This document shows, piece by piece, positions 15,452-18,136 of a stretch of 18,136 bases of DNA. Made by a program: the position numbers and the translations under genes. Location of the stretch: the NCBI GenBank assembly GCA_037446135.1, contig JBBIJD010000035.1, positions 1-18,136 of the forward strand, read 5' to 3'. Source of the stretch: Candidatus Fraserbacteria bacterium (GTDB lineage Bacteria > Bipolaricaulota > Bipolaricaulia > RBG-16-55-9 > JANLFV01). The notes beneath the pieces were generated by a model that ran no database searches, was not told the DNA's origin, and saw nothing but the letters and a program-made list of their open reading frames with translations. Positions within the stretch are counted from its first letter, which is position 1. Each line of letters starts with the position of its first letter.

Positions 15452-15531
15452 TTCTCCCTCCTTAATGAATTGGGTTAGCCGCGATTTTTAGGGTTCCTCC
15501 TGGCTTACCACCTCCTTTCCAGCCTAGCTCC

Positions 15532-15561
15532 TTTTTACTCCTCAACCTGCCCGATTGTCAA
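15532..15561 (-). promoter_or_regulatory. Putative promoter for the BMP-ade-ABC operon
   Basis: Consensus TTGACA (15561..15556), 18-nt spacer, TAAAAA (15537..15532) in the 131-nt intergenic region. Confidence 0.45.
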
Positions 15562-15582
15562 CTCCCCCGGCGTGAGGCGCGC

Positions 15583-16953
15583 CTACGAGGCCCTCGGGCG
15601 GGAGATGAACCTTCCCCGACCCATCGAGCCCAGGAATACCCCATCCTTCATGATGATCTCTCCGCGGGAGATGGTGATGATCGGCCAGCCCCGTAGCAGC
15701 TTCCCCTCGTAGATGTTGTAATCTGTGTTCATATGCAACTCTGCCGCGCGGACGGGCCGCTCTAAGTCCGGGTCTAAGATCACCAAATCAGCATCCTTCC
15801 CTAAAGCGATCGCACCCTTCCCCTTCAAGCCGAAGAGCCTCGCCGGACTGGCAGAGAGGAGCTCGATGAGCTTAGTGAGGCCGAGCCGCCCCTTGCTCAC
15901 CCCCTCGGAGAATAGATAGGGGAGCATCGTCTCGATCCCCATCACCCCGCTTGGGACCTCGGCGAAGGTCCGGGCCGAGCGCTTCTGCGCCCTAGTAAAG
16001 GGGCAGTGCTCGCTCGCCACGACATCGATCGCGCCTTTGGCCAGCCCCGCCCAGAGGGCCTCTCGGTCGGCTTCTCCCCGGAGCGGCGGGGACATGATGT
16101 ATTCCGGCCCGGTCTCGCCGAGATACTCCTCTTTCGTGAATTCGAGGTAATGGGGACAGGTCTCGGCGTAGATGGGATAGCCCGCCCGTCTGGCCTGCTC
16201 GATGAGCTCCAGCCCTTCCTTCGTCGAGAGGTGGACGATATAGAGCGGGGCACCTAGCCCCTTGGCGATCTCGATAGCGCTCGCGATCGCCGCGGCCTCG
16301 ACGGAGTTGGGCCGGCTCTCATAGTGGTGGATCCAGCCGGTCTTCCCCTCGGAGAGAAGCCTTTCCATCAAGTATTCGTTGATATAGCCGTCCTCGGCGT
16401 GGAGCATGACCAGCCCCCCATGGGCGCTCACTCTCTCCAGGACAGCGTAGAGAAAGCCGGTGTCCACCATCAGTCCCCGCCGCCGGTAGGCGGTGAGGAG
16501 CTTGAAGCTAGTGATCCCGGAGGCGATGATCTTAGGGATCTCTGCGAGCGAGGCAGGCGATTGGTCGGTGAAATTGGCATGGAGGGAGTAGTCGATGACC
16601 ACCTTCGGGTCAGCAGCAGCTCGCCTCGCGGAGATGGACTCCAGCTCAGACTGCCCCGGGGCCTGCATCGCGAAGTCGAGGAGCGTGGTCACACCTCCGA
16701 AGGCAGCCGCGACCGTCCCGGTGAAGAAGTCATCGGCCGAGCGAAGCCCATCATTGACCGGCATCTCCAGGTGGACATGGGAGTCGATGACCCCGGGTAG
16801 GACGAGCTTCCCCGAGGCATCGAGCACCTCCTCTCCTTCTAATGGCTCGAGCGAGAGAGCGGCGATCTTCCCACCTTTGATCCCGATGGCGCACCTCTGG
16901 ACCCCGGTGGGGTTCACGACCTCCCCGCCTCGGATCACAAGATCGTATCTCAT
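15583..16953 (-). CDS. hydA: Dihydropyrimidinase/D-hydantoinase-family cyclic amidohydrolase
   Basis: Motifs PGVIDSHVHL, DDFFTGTVAAAFGGVTT, SFK (carbamylated Lys), HAED, IVHLS, AETCPHYL, MSPPLR, GKDADLVI and DYNIYEG. The beta-8 motif reads SEHCPF rather than SDHCPF. Confidence 0.88.
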   Translation of the reverse strand: MRYDLVIRGGEVVNPTGVQRCAIGIKGGKIAALSLEPLEGEEVLDASGKLVLPGVIDSHVHLEMPVNDGLRSADDFFTGTVAAAFGGVTTLLDFAMQAPGQSELESISARRAAADPKVVIDYSLHANFTDQSPASLAEIPKIIASGITSFKLLTAYRRRGLMVDTGFLYAVLERVSAHGGLVMLHAEDGYINEYLMERLLSEGKTGWIHHYESRPNSVEAAAIASAIEIAKGLGAPLYIVHLSTKEGLELIEQARRAGYPIYAETCPHYLEFTKEEYLGETGPEYIMSPPLRGEADREALWAGLAKGAIDVVASEHCPFTRAQKRSARTFAEVPSGVMGIETMLPYLFSEGVSKGRLGLTKLIELLSASPARLFGLKGKGAIALGKDADLVILDPDLERPVRAAELHMNTDYNIYEGKLLRGWPIITISRGEIIMKDGVFLGSMGRGRFISRPRAS

Positions 16954-16954
16954 C

Positions 16955-18136
16955 TTATCGGGCTTCGAGCCTCATAATCTCCCGAGCCTTCTCCTGGTGC
17001 CTTCGCTTGATCTTCTCCAGGTCGATCGTCAGAAGCTGGTGGTCCTTGACGATGATCCGCCCGTTGACGATCAAGGTCTCGACGGGCGTCGGGGCGCAGA
17101 GGACCAGGGCCCCCAAAGGGTCCCCCGCACCGGAATAGCTCAATTCCTCTAGATCGAAGATGGCGATGTCCGCCGCCTTACCGACCTCGAGCCGGCCTAT
17201 ATCTTCCCGCCCGAGGCAGCGGGCCCCGCCGAGGGTGGCCATCTCTAATGTCTCCTGGACTTTGAGCGCGCTCGGGCCATGGGCCACCCGCTGGAGGAGA
17301 AGGGCTTGTTTAATCTCCAGCAGCATATTCGAGGAGTCATTGGAGGCGCTCCCATCGACCCCCAGCCCGACGGGGACCCCGGCCCGGCGGAGTGCGACGA
17401 CCGGCGCGATCCCCGAGCCGAGCCGCATATTCGAGCTGGGGCAGTGGGCGACCGCAAGGCCGGCCTCGGCCAGCCGGGCGATCTCCCTCGTCCGGAGATG
17501 GACGGCATGGGTGATCCAGACATCGGGGGCCAGCCAGCCGAGCTCCTCCAAATACTCGACCGGCCGGAGGCCGAATCGCTCGAGGCAGAAGGCCTCCTCA
17601 TCCTTGGTCTCCGCCAGATGGGTGTTGAGCCGGACGCCGTGCTTCCTCGCCAATTCCGCGGTCTCGCGCATCAGCTCTGGGGTGACCGAGAAGGGCGAGC
17701 AGGGTGCGAGCGCGATCCGGACCATCGCCCCAGGCGAGGGATCATGATAGCTCTTGATCAATCTCTCCGAATCTTCCAGGACCTCATCCTCGCGCTGGAC
17801 GATGCTCTCCGGAGGGAGGCCGCCCTCCGCCTCGCCGAGGCTCATCGAGCCGCGACAGGGCTGGAACCGGATCCCGATCTCCCTGGCCGCCTCGATCTCG
17901 AGGTCGATGGCCCACTTCAGGCCGGGAGTGAAGATGTAATGGTGGTCGGTGGTCGTGGTGCATCCGGAGAGCATCAGCTCCGCCAGCCCGATGAGCGCGG
18001 CGAGATAAACTGCCTCCTCATCGAGCCTGGCCCAGAGAGGATAGAGCGCCCTTAACCAATGGAAGAGAGGGGCATCCATCGCCGGGGGATAGGCCCTCGT
18101 GAGGGTCTGATAGAGATGATGATGGGCATTGACGAA
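16955..18136 (-). CDS. 8-oxoguanine deaminase-like amidohydrolase (AtzB/TrzA-related), 5' end outside the window
   Basis: The frame stays open past ATG 18079 to the edge and reads FVNAHHHLYQTLTRA (metal HxH motif). Also TTTTDHHY, APCSPFSV, THLAET, HCPSSNMRLGSG and GVDGSASND. Confidence 0.88.
   Translation of the reverse strand, partial: FVNAHHHLYQTLTRAYPPAMDAPLFHWLRALYPLWARLDEEAVYLAALIGLAELMLSGCTTTTDHHYIFTPGLKWAIDLEIEAAREIGIRFQPCRGSMSLGEAEGGLPPESIVQREDEVLEDSERLIKSYHDPSPGAMVRIALAPCSPFSVTPELMRETAELARKHGVRLNTHLAETKDEEAFCLERFGLRPVEYLEELGWLAPDVWITHAVHLRTREIARLAEAGLAVAHCPSSNMRLGSGIAPVVALRRAGVPVGLGVDGSASNDSSNMLLEIKQALLLQRVAHGPSALKVQETLEMATLGGARCLGREDIGRLEVGKAADIAIFDLEELSYSGAGDPLGALVLCAPTPVETLIVNGRIIVKDHQLLTIDLEKIKRRHQEKAREIMRLEAR

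Noticed and set aside
15452..15582. Purine riboswitch upstream of the purine transporter
   Set aside because: No recognisable three-way-junction aptamer consensus or expression-platform terminator by eye; an Rfam scan would be decisive.
18077..18079. ATG 18079 as the start of the deaminase
   Set aside because: The essential HxH metal motif (NAHHH) is encoded upstream in the same open frame, so the gene starts outside the window.

Overview
GC-rich bacterial window with two convergent nucleobase/nucleoside metabolism clusters. Plus strand: pyrF (OMP decarboxylase), then a tightly packed three-gene unit: a P-loop kinase/HAD phosphatase fusion, a Qng1 (DUF2419) queuosine-nucleotide N-glycosylase, and a tRNA-guanine transglycosylase with a non-canonical GGSLG pocket loop. 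This unit looks like a queuine salvage operon. The kinase-phosphatase fusion is a candidate for an uncharacterised enzyme that makes queuosine-5'-monophosphate, and it is the most interesting item here. Minus strand: a purine uptake/catabolism cluster (8-oxoguanine deaminase-like, cut by the window edge; dihydropyrimidinase-like with an Asp-to-Glu change at the catalytic position; BMP-family binding protein; adenine deaminase; nucleoside ABC ATPase and two permeases; fused 2Fe-2S/molybdopterin XdhD-like hydroxylase). A decayed pair of carbohydrate ABC permeases with three +1 homopolymer frameshifts lies between the clusters. Several sigma70-like promoters sit directly in front of SD-less start codons, suggesting leaderless mRNAs, and a perfect 15-bp inverted repeat follows the binding-protein gene. 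No rRNA, tRNA, CRISPR array or mobile element was recognised. All calls come from reading motifs by eye; no database searches were run.
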